DNA of 64,000 nt from Candidatus Polarisedimenticolia bacterium (GTDB taxonomy: Bacteria; Acidobacteriota; Polarisedimenticolia; JACPZX01; DASXTC01), in contig DATEEA010000180.1 in NCBI GenBank assembly GCA_035281445.1, forward strand, positions 4,909 through 68,908, written 5' to 3'. Below are positions 35,043 to 43,534 of this stretch, piece after piece. Made by a program: the position numbers and the translations under genes. Every line of letters begins with the position of its first letter. The first letter of the stretch is position 1. The notes beneath the pieces are model-generated. The model did no database searches. It saw only the letters and a list, made by a program, of their open reading frames with translations, and was not told the DNA's origin.

Positions 35043-36206
35043 ATGCCCAGCCGCGCCGAGCCGTTCCGCCCTCCCGCCCGCCTCCTGCTCGGTCCGGGCC
35101 CCAGCGGCGTCGACCCTCGCGTGCTGGCGGCCATGGCCCACCCGCCGCTCGGGCACCTCGATCCGGACTTCCTCTCGCTGATGGACGACGTGAGGCAGAT
35201 GCTGCGCGAGGTGTTCGTCACCGCCAACGAGGTCACGCTGGCGGTGCCCGGCACGGGCACGGCGGGGATGGAGGCGGCCGTGGCCAACCTCGTGGAGCCC
35301 GGGGACCGGGTGGTGGTGTGCGTCGCCGGGTACTTCGGCGCCCGCATGGCGGAGATGGCGCGCCGCCTGGGCGCGCGCGTGACGGCCGTGGAGGCGCCCT
35401 GGGGAGCCTCCGTACCGCCCGGCCCGGTGGAGGACGCGCTGCGCCGCGCGGACGGACCGGTGAAGGTGGTGAGCCTGGTGCACGCCGAGACCTCCACCGG
35501 CGTGCTGCAGCCGCTCGACGACATCGTCCGGCTGGCGCGCCGCGCCGGGGCGCTGGTCCTTGTGGACGCGGTGACCTCCCTGGGGGGGATGCCCCTGGCG
35601 GTGGACGCAGTGGGTGGGAGCGGGATCGACGTCTGCTACTCCGGCACGCAGAAGTGCCTCGGCTCGCCCCCCGGCCTGGCCCCCATCACCGTCTCCCCGC
35701 GGGCCTGGGAGGCGATCCGGTCGCGCCGGGCCGCCTGCGCGTCGTTCTACCTCGATCTCGTCCTGCTGAACGCCTACTGGGGAGGGGATCGCGCGTACCA
35801 CCACACCGCTCCGATCAACGCCCTCTACGGACTGCGGGAGTCGCTGCGGCTGCTGCTGGACGAAGGGCTGACCGCGCGCTTCGACCGGCACCGCCGCGCG
35901 CACGAGCAGCTCCGCCGGGGGGTGGAAGGGCTCGGCCTCTCCTTCCTGGTGGAGGAAGACTCGCGGCTGCCGATGCTCAACGCGCTGAGGGTTCCCGAGG
36001 GGGCCGACGACCGCGAGGTGCGGCGGCGGCTGCTCGCCGAGCACCACATCGAGATCGGCGGCGGGCTCGGTCCCCTGGCCGGCGCCGTGTGGCGCGTCGG
36101 TCTGATGGGTTCGTCGGCGCGCGAGGAGAACGTGGCCCGCTTCCTCACCGCCATGCGCATCATCCTGGGGGCGCCGAGGATGTCGAAGGCTCCGCGCCGA
36201 AGCTGA
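35043..36206 (+). CDS. Class V aminotransferase (alanine--glyoxylate/serine--pyruvate aminotransferase-like)
   Basis: 387 aa. PLP-lysine region 'DVCYSGTQKCLGSPPGLAP'. 'LVHAETSTGV'. Overall AGXT-family layout. Confidence 0.85.
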   Translation: MPSRAEPFRPPARLLLGPGPSGVDPRVLAAMAHPPLGHLDPDFLSLMDDVRQMLREVFVTANEVTLAVPGTGTAGMEAAVANLVEPGDRVVVCVAGYFGARMAEMARRLGARVTAVEAPWGASVPPGPVEDALRRADGPVKVVSLVHAETSTGVLQPLDDIVRLARRAGALVLVDAVTSLGGMPLAVDAVGGSGIDVCYSGTQKCLGSPPGLAPITVSPRAWEAIRSRRAACASFYLDLVLLNAYWGGDRAYHHTAPINALYGLRESLRLLLDEGLTARFDRHRRAHEQLRRGVEGLGLSFLVEEDSRLPMLNALRVPEGADDREVRRRLLAEHHIEIGGGLGPLAGAVWRVGLMGSSAREENVARFLTAMRIILGAPRMSKAPRRS

Positions 36207-37224
36207 CCGCCGCGGTGCGCCAGCGCCGGGCGATCTCCCGCTCCAGGTCTCGATGGGCCATCGACGGCGGAGGCTCGGCGGCCCGGCCCGGCCTCGACGC
36301 GGCCCACCGCACGGCCCGCTCCACCCAGGCCTCGAACGGGGTGGGGGACCACCCGAGATCGCGGCGCGCCTTGAAGATGGCCGGCACCTGCGCCGCGGCC
36401 TGGCTGAAGGGAGAGAAGGTGGCCGAGGGCGGCCGGGGATCCACGGCCCGGAGGAAGGCGCCGGGCGCGTCCACCAGCTCCGGCCGATGGCCCAGCGCCG
36501 AGGCGATGGCGCCGACCACCCGCCGCAGGGAGAGGATCTCGCCCCCCGCCAGGTTGTAGGCCTCCCCCGCGGCGGCGGGAGCCAGCGCCAGGTCCGCCAG
36601 GGCCCGGCAGACGTCTCCCACGTAGACGTGGCGGAAGGGGGCCAGTCCGCCGTCCGGCAGCACGATCGGGCCGCCGCTGAGGACCCGCTCGACGTAGCCG
36701 GCGTACCGCAGCGACGCGTCCTCCTCGCCGCCGACGATCGGCATCCGCACGATGGTCACGGGGAACGCTCCCTCGCCGTGCGCGCGCCGCAGCGACTCCT
36801 CCGCCCGGCGCTTTCCCGTGCCGTACTCGAACTCGATGCTGCCGGGGCGCTCGGCCGAGACGTCGAGCCGGTCGAAGTCCTCCTCCGCCACCGGACAGGG
36901 GCACTCCCCCGCGCACCAGTAGACCGAGCAGGTGCTGATGTGGACGAAGCGCCCGGCGCGCCCGCGGAAGGCCTCCGCCGCAAGGCGCGCGTCGGTCTCG
37001 TCGTAGCAGAGGAAGTCGTACACCACGTCGTAGGACTGCCGGCGGGCCGCGGCGGCCAGGTCGGTGGCCGAGCGGCGTTCGCCGCGCAGCCTCTCCACGG
37101 CCCCTCCCAGCAGGTCGTCCGTCCTGCCCCTGTTGAACAGCGTCACCGCGTGGCCCGCGCCGGCCAGCTCCCGGGCCAGCCTGCGGCCGATGAAGCGCGA
37201 GCCTCCCAGGATGATCGCCTTCAA
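36160..37224 (-). CDS. NAD-dependent epimerase/dehydratase (SDR family)
   Basis: TTG start 37222-37224 preceded by 'ggaggag', overlaps the DUF1028 stop (TTGA). 'LKAIILGGSRFIGRRLARELAGAGHAV' Rossmann GxxGxxG. 'YGTGKRRAEE' resembles the YxxxK region. Upstream 350 codons of the track ORF are Gly/Arg shadow. Its 3' end overlaps the convergent aminotransferase by about 47 nt. Confidence 0.7.
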   Translation of the reverse strand: MKAIILGGSRFIGRRLARELAGAGHAVTLFNRGRTDDLLGGAVERLRGERRSATDLAAAARRQSYDVVYDFLCYDETDARLAAEAFRGRAGRFVHISTCSVYWCAGECPCPVAEEDFDRLDVSAERPGSIEFEYGTGKRRAEESLRRAHGEGAFPVTIVRMPIVGGEEDASLRYAGYVERVLSGGPIVLPDGGLAPFRHVYVGDVCRALADLALAPAAAGEAYNLAGGEILSLRRVVGAIASALGHRPELVDAPGAFLRAVDPRPPSATFSPFSQAAAQVPAIFKARRDLGWSPTPFEAWVERAVRWAASRPGRAAEPPPSMAHRDLEREIARRWRTAAVSFGAEPSTSSAPPG

Positions 37225-38168
37225 CGCTTCTCCTCCAGAGCGGCGGCGCGCAGCAGCGCCACCAGCGCCTCGTCCACCACGGCTTCGTCCGCCCGGCCGC
37301 GCGCGGCGAGCCCCTGCGCTCGGCGGAAGGCCTCCACCGCCGCCGCCGTGGCGTCGTCGAAGACGCCCGTCGGCTCCCGATCCAGCAGCCCGGCGCGCCG
37401 CAGCAGGGCCTGCAGCTCCCGCACGTCGGCGCCCGCCGGACGCGACAGCGTCCTGTGGCCCAGCCTCCCTCGGACCCGATCCAGGAGCCGCCGCAGCTCG
37501 GCCACCGGCGCCGCCGCGTCGTCCACCCTGAGATCGGCCGTCCGCGCCGGATCGCCCGAGCCGGAGACGCAGAGCAGCGCCGCCGAGCGCAGCCCCGGGA
37601 CGTCCCCTCCCGCCGTCGCCCCACGCTCCAGCGCGCGCACGAGCCTCTCGGGCAGCGGCATCCCTTTCCCCTCCGTCTCCAGAAACGACCCCCTCAGGGC
37701 CTCCAGCGCCGCGGGGCCGGGGAGGAAGTTCCCCTGGACGCACAGGTTCGGCGCCTCGATCGCGCCGGCGTGGGACAGGACATCCCGGCCGGTGTGGGTG
37801 GCGCAGGCGCCCCGGGCGTTCATCAGCGCGAGCTGCCGCCGCTCGCTCCCCCCGTCCTCGGCCAGCAGCCTGGCCAGGGCGCTGCGCGGATCGATGCCGT
37901 CGCGCAGCAGCCCCAGACCCCGTTCCCCCAGGCCGCGGATGGTCCAGGCCTGCACCGCCATCGCCCCTTCGCCGGCGCGCGCCCACGGGATCGCCGACCC
38001 CGAGGCCGGGGCGTGGCTGGCGGCCGCCACGCCCAGGTCGCCGGTGGCCGCGTCGCGCGCCACGATGGAGAGGGACGCGGCCGCGGCGGCGGAAGCGGAC
38101 GAGGCCGGCGGCAGGATCGCCAGGGCGAGGACCGCCGCGGCGGCCCCCGCCCTGCCGCGGGTGCTCAC
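37221..38168 (-). CDS. DUF1028 (predicted Ntn-hydrolase) protein with C-terminal peptidoglycan-binding domain, exported
   Basis: GTG 38166-38168 overlaps the dapA-like stop. Signal peptide 'STRGRAGAAAAVLALAILPPASSASA'. DUF1028 signature 'SLSIVARDAATGDLGVAAASHAP..SAIPWARAGEGAMAVQA'. C-terminal PG_binding_1-like 'LQALLRRAGLLDREPTGVFDDATAAAVEAFRRAQGL'. Confidence 0.7.
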   Translation of the reverse strand: MSTRGRAGAAAAVLALAILPPASSASAAAAASLSIVARDAATGDLGVAAASHAPASGSAIPWARAGEGAMAVQAWTIRGLGERGLGLLRDGIDPRSALARLLAEDGGSERRQLALMNARGACATHTGRDVLSHAGAIEAPNLCVQGNFLPGPAALEALRGSFLETEGKGMPLPERLVRALERGATAGGDVPGLRSAALLCVSGSGDPARTADLRVDDAAAPVAELRRLLDRVRGRLGHRTLSRPAGADVRELQALLRRAGLLDREPTGVFDDATAAAVEAFRRAQGLAARGRADEAVVDEALVALLRAAALEEKR

Positions 38169-39070
38169 CTGGCCACCGCGAGCCCCAGGCGCTCCAGACC
38201 GGCCAGGAGCCCGGCGATCTCCGCACGGGCCTCGGCGGTCGCGGCCGGAAGAGGCGGTCTGGGGAGCCCGCCATGAAAGCCCAGGAGGTCCAGCGCCGCC
38301 TTCAGGCCCCCGATGCCATGGCGCCGGGTGACGGCGTCGGTGAGCGGATCGAGCGCCGCGTTGAGCGCCTCCGCCGCGCCGCGGTCCTGCGCCCGGGCCG
38401 CTTCCGCGATGCGGGCGCAGACGGCGGGGGCCACGTTGGCCACCGCCAGCACCGCGCCCACCGCGCCGAGACGCGTTGCCTCGGCCAGGGCGCGGGCCGA
38501 CCCGACCAGCACCGAGGCCCGGCTCCCCCGCGCCGACGCGGCGGACACCAGGGCCTGGATGGAAGCGGGATCGCCCGAGGAGTCCTTGATCCCGGCCACC
38601 TTCCCGCACTCCAGCAGCTCCGCGAACAGCGCGGGCCCCAGCGGCAGCCCGGTGAAGAACGGGACGCTGTAGAGGAGCATCGGGCCGGGCGAGGCCGCGG
38701 CCACCGCGCGGTAGTGCGCGATCAGCACATCGTCGGTCATGGCCGGCCGGTAGTAGCCAGGCACCCCCACCAGCACGGCGTCCGCCCCCAGGTCGAAGGC
38801 CTCCTTCACCGCGCGGATGGTGGCGCGGGTCGATTCCCTCCCCGCGCCGGCCACCAGAGGCTTCCCCGCCGGGACGGCGGAGCGCGCCGCCCGGATCACG
38901 GCGGCCCTCTCGGCGTCGTCCAGGAGCGGCGCCTCGCCGTTGGACCCCAGCACGACGTAGCCGTCGATCGGGTGGCTCTCCCAGCGGGCGATGTTGTCCC
39001 GCAGCCTGGCCGGCGACACCTCGTCGCCGTCGTACGGCGTGGGGATGGGGGGGAACAGACCCTTGAGCAT
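38165..39070 (-). CDS. Dihydrodipicolinate synthase/N-acetylneuraminate lyase family (class I aldolase)
   Basis: Start 'MLKGLFPPIPTPY' (ATG 39068-39070). DapA-family 'GYVVLGSNGEAPLL', 'LVAGAGRESTRATI', 'YYRP'. The Schiff-base Lys is expected near 'VAGIKDSSGD'. Specific substrate not assignable. Confidence 0.8.
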   Translation of the reverse strand: MLKGLFPPIPTPYDGDEVSPARLRDNIARWESHPIDGYVVLGSNGEAPLLDDAERAAVIRAARSAVPAGKPLVAGAGRESTRATIRAVKEAFDLGADAVLVGVPGYYRPAMTDDVLIAHYRAVAAASPGPMLLYSVPFFTGLPLGPALFAELLECGKVAGIKDSSGDPASIQALVSAASARGSRASVLVGSARALAEATRLGAVGAVLAVANVAPAVCARIAEAARAQDRGAAEALNAALDPLTDAVTRRHGIGGLKAALDLLGFHGGLPRPPLPAATAEARAEIAGLLAGLERLGLAVAR

Positions 39071-39117
39071 GGCGCCGCCCGCGAAGGCCGCGGCCTGGAC
39101 GCCGCGAAGCCGGCCCG

Positions 39118-39123
39118 TATAAT
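39118..39123 (+). promoter_or_regulatory. Perfect TATAAT -10 element upstream of the exported barrel gene 39151-39987
   Basis: 'ggcccgTATAATgccacacccctccgtccccgaggtctcATG'. 27 nt to the ATG, 'gagg' SD. Lies in the 80-nt divergent region shared with the dapA-like operon. Confidence 0.35.
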
Positions 39124-39150
39124 GCCACACCCCTCCGTCCCCGAGGTCTC

Positions 39151-39987
39151 ATGCGCCGCAGCCGGATCGCCGCCGTGCTCCTCCCCGCGACGCTGCTCTC
39201 CTCCGGAGGCACCCTCGCGAGGACACCTCCTGTCCAGGCCCCTCTCGAGACGCTGCTCCCCTGGGCCCCAGGCGAAGGCGCCTGGGAGTTGTCCTTCTCG
39301 ACCCGCTGGAGCGACGACGCGCGGCCTGCCTTCTTCACGGCGAGCCGCCGCGACGCACGGGCCCACCTGGAGGGTCCGGCCGTGGATCTGTCCTACGGAG
39401 TCGGCCGCTCCGGAGAGGTCAGGCTCAGGGCCGGGGCCCAGGCGATATGGCCGGCGGAGGCGGACCCGGCGTGGGGCCCCTCCGACACGCGGCTCTCCTT
39501 CAGCCAGCAGCTGGCGCGGGGACGCGTGGCCGCGTCGGCCGGCTTCGAAGTGAAGCTCCCCAACGCCTCCCGCGACGACCTGCTGGGCACCGACGAGACC
39601 GACGTCGCGCTGATCGCCGCGGCCGGCGGCCTGGGGCCAGGCGGCGGCTGGGGCTGGGCCGCGCACGCGGGGCTCCTGCTGGCCGGCAACCCGCGGCCGG
39701 AAGGGGGCCAGGACGACCTGCTGGCGTTCGGCGCGGCGCTCTGGAGGAGCGCCGGGACGGGGGGAGGGCGCCGGGTGACCCTGATGGGAGAGGTGGCCGG
39801 GACGGCCGCGTCGCGCTTCGGCAACGACGCGCGCCGGGCCCGCGCCGGGCTCATCTGGAGCGGGCGCCTCCCGATCCACGTCGTGGCAGGAAGGGGACTG
39901 ACTTCGGCGAGCGAGGACTGGAGCGTCCAGGCGGGCGTGACGGTGCTCGGCCCGCGGGGCGCGGCTCACCCAGAGCCGTCTCCATAA
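39151..39987 (+). CDS. Hypothetical exported protein, probable small outer-membrane beta-barrel (paralog of 58974-59795)
   Basis: Signal peptide 'MRRSRIAAVLLPATLLSSGGTLA'. Alternating strand pattern. Shares 'DDLLGTDETDVALIAAAGG' / 'DKLLGTGETNVEFFGGL' with the 58974 protein. 'gagg' 5 nt upstream of the ATG. A perfect TATAAT lies 27 nt upstream. Confidence 0.55.
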   Translation: MRRSRIAAVLLPATLLSSGGTLARTPPVQAPLETLLPWAPGEGAWELSFSTRWSDDARPAFFTASRRDARAHLEGPAVDLSYGVGRSGEVRLRAGAQAIWPAEADPAWGPSDTRLSFSQQLARGRVAASAGFEVKLPNASRDDLLGTDETDVALIAAAGGLGPGGGWGWAAHAGLLLAGNPRPEGGQDDLLAFGAALWRSAGTGGGRRVTLMGEVAGTAASRFGNDARRARAGLIWSGRLPIHVVAGRGLTSASEDWSVQAGVTVLGPRGAAHPEPSP

Positions 39988-40082
39988 AGGGCTTGCCGGG
40001 TCACCGCTTCGCCGTACCATTCCAGGCACCGCGGACAGCGGCGGGACCCTCTCCCACGCGGCCGCGCTCAGGGAGGGGAGCC

Positions 40083-40784
40083 GTGTCCTGCCGAAGGCGC
40101 CTGAAGGGTGCCGCCGCCGTGCTGGTCTGCGCCGCGGCGGGCTGGGGATCCGGGCCCTCCTTCGCCCGGCCCGGCCCCGAGGCGACCCCTGGGCAGATCG
40201 AGGCGCTTCTGGCCGCGATGCACCCGGACTACGCCCTCTACATCGGCGAGGTGCGCTACGGCGCCAGCCGCCTGCGGCCCGCCTCCCTGTACGCCGGCCT
40301 GGTGCGGCGCGGGGGGCGCGACCCGCGCGACCCCGCCGACGGCCCGCGCTCCGGACGCGGGGTCGCCAACGATCTGATCATCTACGCCGACACCTTCGAG
40401 CCGTGGCGGTCCGGGGCCTGGCGGCTCCTCATCGCCGACCACGAGTACTTCCACGCCCGCCATCTGGCCCGGGGCTTCAGGCTGCCGGTGGTCGGGTTCG
40501 GCGACGCGCAGGCCGACACCGACTACCACGAGGCGCTGGCCTGGGAATGGGTGGTCAGGCGGGCCGGGGAGGGGATCTACGGCCGGCTGTCCCCGGCCGA
40601 GTCGGCGGAGGCCTCCTCGCGCTACGAGCGACACAGGGACCGATTCCGCCGTTTCGTGACGGGGAGGCAGCCCTCGGCCTGGGCCCATTACGGGAGGTTC
40701 CTCCCCGATCCCGCCGGCCTCAGGATGGCCGCGTCAGCTCCGACAGCAGGGCCTCCACCTGAGGCTGGCCCGGAGACAAGGTGA
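40083..40784 (+). CDS. Small exported protein with HExxH motif (putative zinc metallopeptidase-like)
   Basis: GTG 40083 preceded by 'gggagggga'. Signal peptide 'SCRRRLKGAAAVLVCAAAGWGSGPSFA'. 'LLIADHEYFHARHL' (HExxH) with downstream 'DYHEALAWEW'. The upstream 212 codons of the track ORF are Gly/Arg shadow. 3' end overlaps the convergent gene by about 65 nt. Confidence 0.5.
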   Translation: MSCRRRLKGAAAVLVCAAAGWGSGPSFARPGPEATPGQIEALLAAMHPDYALYIGEVRYGASRLRPASLYAGLVRRGGRDPRDPADGPRSGRGVANDLIIYADTFEPWRSGAWRLLIADHEYFHARHLARGFRLPVVGFGDAQADTDYHEALAWEWVVRRAGEGIYGRLSPAESAEASSRYERHRDRFRRFVTGRQPSAWAHYGRFLPDPAGLRMAASAPTAGPPPEAGPETR

Positions 40785-43506
40785 GCGACTCCCGCAGGGA
40801 GTCGATCGCCTCGCTCTTCCTCCCCGACTCCGCGTAGGCCAGCCCCATCGCGTTGAGCAGCTCGGGGGAGCGCAGCCCGAGCCGGCGCGCTTCCTCCAGG
40901 CGGGCGATGGCCTCGTCCAGGCGGCCCAGCTTGGCCAGCGCAGCCCCCAGACTGACCCGCGCCTCCAGGTTGCGAGGCTCGATCCTCAGCGCCCGCGACA
41001 GGATCGAGGCGGCCTCCTCCAGGCGCCCCGCCCGGCCGTAGAGCGAGCCGAGGTTGGCCATCGTGCCGCCGAAGTCGGGGGCCAGGTCGAGCGCGCGCTG
41101 CAGCAGCCGCTCCGCCTCGGCGGCCCTGCCGGTGGAGGCGAGGATCAGGCCGAGCCAGTTCAGGTGCATCACCGAGCGATCGTTGATGGCGAGCGCGCGG
41201 CGCAGCGCGTCCTCCAGCGCGGCCTCGCTCCCCTCGGCCCGGGCCATGGTGAACAGGCGGCCCATCGGCTCGGCCGCGGCCGGGTCGAGCCGCAGGGCGG
41301 CGGCGTAGAGGCCGCGGGCCGCCTCCCGATCGCCGGCCTGCTCCGCGAGCAGTCCCAGGGCGGTGTCGATCCCCGCGGAGCGGGGACGCTCCCGCCGCAG
41401 CGCGGAGAGGAAGTTGGCCGCCTGACGCGACTCTCCCTGCCGCGACGCCAGCAGGGCGAGCTGCGCGTAGAGCCCCGGCTCCGCGTCGCCGGAGGAGGCC
41501 ACCGCGCGGCGGGTGGCGTCGAGGGCCTCGGCGGTGCGTCCCTGCCGCACCAGCGTCTGGGCCAGCGTGGCCAGCGCGGGGAAGTATCCCGGGGAGATGG
41601 CCAGCGCCTTGCGCGCCTCCGACTCGGCGCCCGGCGCGTCCCCTTTCTGCAGGAGGACGCCGGCCAGGTTCATGTGCGAGGTGATCGTGCCCGGCCGGGG
41701 CGCGGCGGCCGCCGCGCGGGAAGGACCGGGATCCGGCGCCCCTCCGATGTACCCCAGGGAGGCGAGGTTGCGCAGCAGCTCCTCGTCGGCCGCCCCGGCT
41801 CCGGCCTCCGCCGCCCCGGAGGGGCCCGGTCCGCCCGGAGGACCGGCCCCCTCGTACGTGGCCACGCGCCGGGAAGACCGGGGCGGCAGGAGCGGGGTCC
41901 CCGGCATGTCGCCGGCGGAGGGGAGCCCGGCCAGCGCCAGGATGGTGGGCGCGATGTCGTAGAGGGTCGCCGTGTCGAACCGCCCCGGCTCGATCCCCGG
42001 CCCGGCGGCCATCACGATGCCGTACAGACGGTGCCACTTGCCGGGCTTGCCCTCGATGTCGGCCGGCCCATCGGTCGGCCGGGAGGGGCCGTTGTGGAAG
42101 CCGTGATCGGACATCACCAGCACGATCGACTCGCCGTGGACGGCGCCGAGGAGCTCTCCCAGCAGCGCGTCCTGGTGCCCGTAGAACGCCTCCACGGCCC
42201 GGCGGTAGCGCCGGAAATCGGCCTCCCGCACCATGGCCATGCGTGGAGGCATGAAGTGGGCGAATCGGTGGCTGACCTCGTCGATCCCCTGGTAGTAGAC
42301 GGCGGTGAGGTCCGGCTGACCCTGTCGGATCAGCGCCAGGGCGGCCGCGTGGTAGGTCCCGGTGCTGGCCAGGATGCGGGCCAGGTGGTTGATCGGCTCC
42401 TTGTACCCCTGCTCGGGGTCGGCCTCGGCCCGGGCGCGGGCGGCGTCGTGCTCGGCCCTGCTGACGTCCACGAAGCGCGCCAGGGTCTCGTAGCCGATGG
42501 CGCTCTCCGCCACCATCTCCGGCCGGATGGAGTCCATGAGGGACGGCGGCCAGGTGAGCCCCTCGGTCTCTCCCTTCACCTGGAACAGCGAGTAGGCCAC
42601 GCGATCCGACACGATGCGGCCGCGCACCGGCTCGGCGGGCCAGGAGGCCCACCAGGCGACGAAGGCCGAGCCGAGCCCGCTATCGGAAAAGATGTTCCAC
42701 AGCGCCTTGACCTTGCGGGAGCGGGAGGTGATGGGCGCCTTGCGGCCGGTGGACGGATCGGCCACCAGGAAGTCGATGATGCCGTGCTCGTCGGGGGGCT
42801 TCCCGGTGGCCGCCGTCGTCCACAGGAGCGGGGAGAGGATCGGCTCGTACGACCGGAGGTGCCCCCAGCGGGAGCGCCGCTTGAGCGCCGCGAGGTGAGG
42901 GAGCTTCCCCGCCTCGATGAGCGGATCGATGACCTGCCAGTCGGCTCCGTCCAGTCCGATCAGCACGATCGGGTTCCGCAGGGTGGGGGCCGGCTCTGCG
43001 GTTTCCGGCCCGGAGCCGGCGGGCTCCGCGGCGAGGGCGCCGGCGATGTGTATCTCGCGGACGGAGAGACCGGCCGCTTCCAGACCGGCCTGCACCCGCT
43101 CCTCGAGAGTCTCTCCTCCCCTCCTGGCCTCACCCAGGATCGACTCGACGAGGCCCGTCAGCTCGCCGGGGAAGCGGGAGGGATCGGAGCGGCGCGAAAC
43201 CCGCGGCGGGAGCAGCCCGGCCCGCGACGGATCGGCCTGCGCGCTCAGCCTGTAGGAGGCCTGGACGCGGGCCCCCTCCCGGGTCACGGCCGGGGCGGAT
43301 CCGGAGACCTCCACGGCCGCCGCCGGATAGAGCGCCGGCCCGACCCAGCCGGGCGCGAGGTGCCAGCCGGGAGCCAGCGCGGCGCCGCCGGAGACGCCGA
43401 AGCTCCCCGCGGGCACCCGCGCCGTGAGCAGCCAGGCGGCCGGGGCGGCGCAGAGCAGGAGCGCGGCGGGGATGCGGAGCCGGGATCGCGGCATCGGGAG
43501 CCTCAT
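40720..43506 (-). CDS. Alkaline-phosphatase-superfamily phosphodiesterase (ENPP/type I phosphodiesterase-like) with C-terminal TPR repeats, exported
   Basis: 928 aa. Signal peptide 'MRLPMPRSRLRIPAALLLCAAPAAWLL'. 'IVLIGLDGADWQVIDPLIEAGKLPHLAAL', 'LWTTAATGKPPDEHGIIDF', 'VLVMSDHGFHNG' match the PF01663-type metal site. C-terminal roughly 350 aa are TPR units. Confidence 0.8.
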   Translation of the reverse strand: MRLPMPRSRLRIPAALLLCAAPAAWLLTARVPAGSFGVSGGAALAPGWHLAPGWVGPALYPAAAVEVSGSAPAVTREGARVQASYRLSAQADPSRAGLLPPRVSRRSDPSRFPGELTGLVESILGEARRGGETLEERVQAGLEAAGLSVREIHIAGALAAEPAGSGPETAEPAPTLRNPIVLIGLDGADWQVIDPLIEAGKLPHLAALKRRSRWGHLRSYEPILSPLLWTTAATGKPPDEHGIIDFLVADPSTGRKAPITSRSRKVKALWNIFSDSGLGSAFVAWWASWPAEPVRGRIVSDRVAYSLFQVKGETEGLTWPPSLMDSIRPEMVAESAIGYETLARFVDVSRAEHDAARARAEADPEQGYKEPINHLARILASTGTYHAAALALIRQGQPDLTAVYYQGIDEVSHRFAHFMPPRMAMVREADFRRYRRAVEAFYGHQDALLGELLGAVHGESIVLVMSDHGFHNGPSRPTDGPADIEGKPGKWHRLYGIVMAAGPGIEPGRFDTATLYDIAPTILALAGLPSAGDMPGTPLLPPRSSRRVATYEGAGPPGGPGPSGAAEAGAGAADEELLRNLASLGYIGGAPDPGPSRAAAAAPRPGTITSHMNLAGVLLQKGDAPGAESEARKALAISPGYFPALATLAQTLVRQGRTAEALDATRRAVASSGDAEPGLYAQLALLASRQGESRQAANFLSALRRERPRSAGIDTALGLLAEQAGDREAARGLYAAALRLDPAAAEPMGRLFTMARAEGSEAALEDALRRALAINDRSVMHLNWLGLILASTGRAAEAERLLQRALDLAPDFGGTMANLGSLYGRAGRLEEAASILSRALRIEPRNLEARVSLGAALAKLGRLDEAIARLEEARRLGLRSPELLNAMGLAYAESGRKSEAIDSLRESLTLSPGQPQVEALLSELTRPS

Positions 43507-43534
43507 CCGCGCCGGACTCTACCACAGCGGCCTA

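Noticed and set aside
36253-38331. 692-aa plus-strand ORF and 37221-39338 N-terminal extension, 37455-38276, 38273-39553, 38896-40029
   Set aside because: Shadows over the epimerase / DUF1028 / dapA-like operon, with Arg/Ala/Gly-rich composition.
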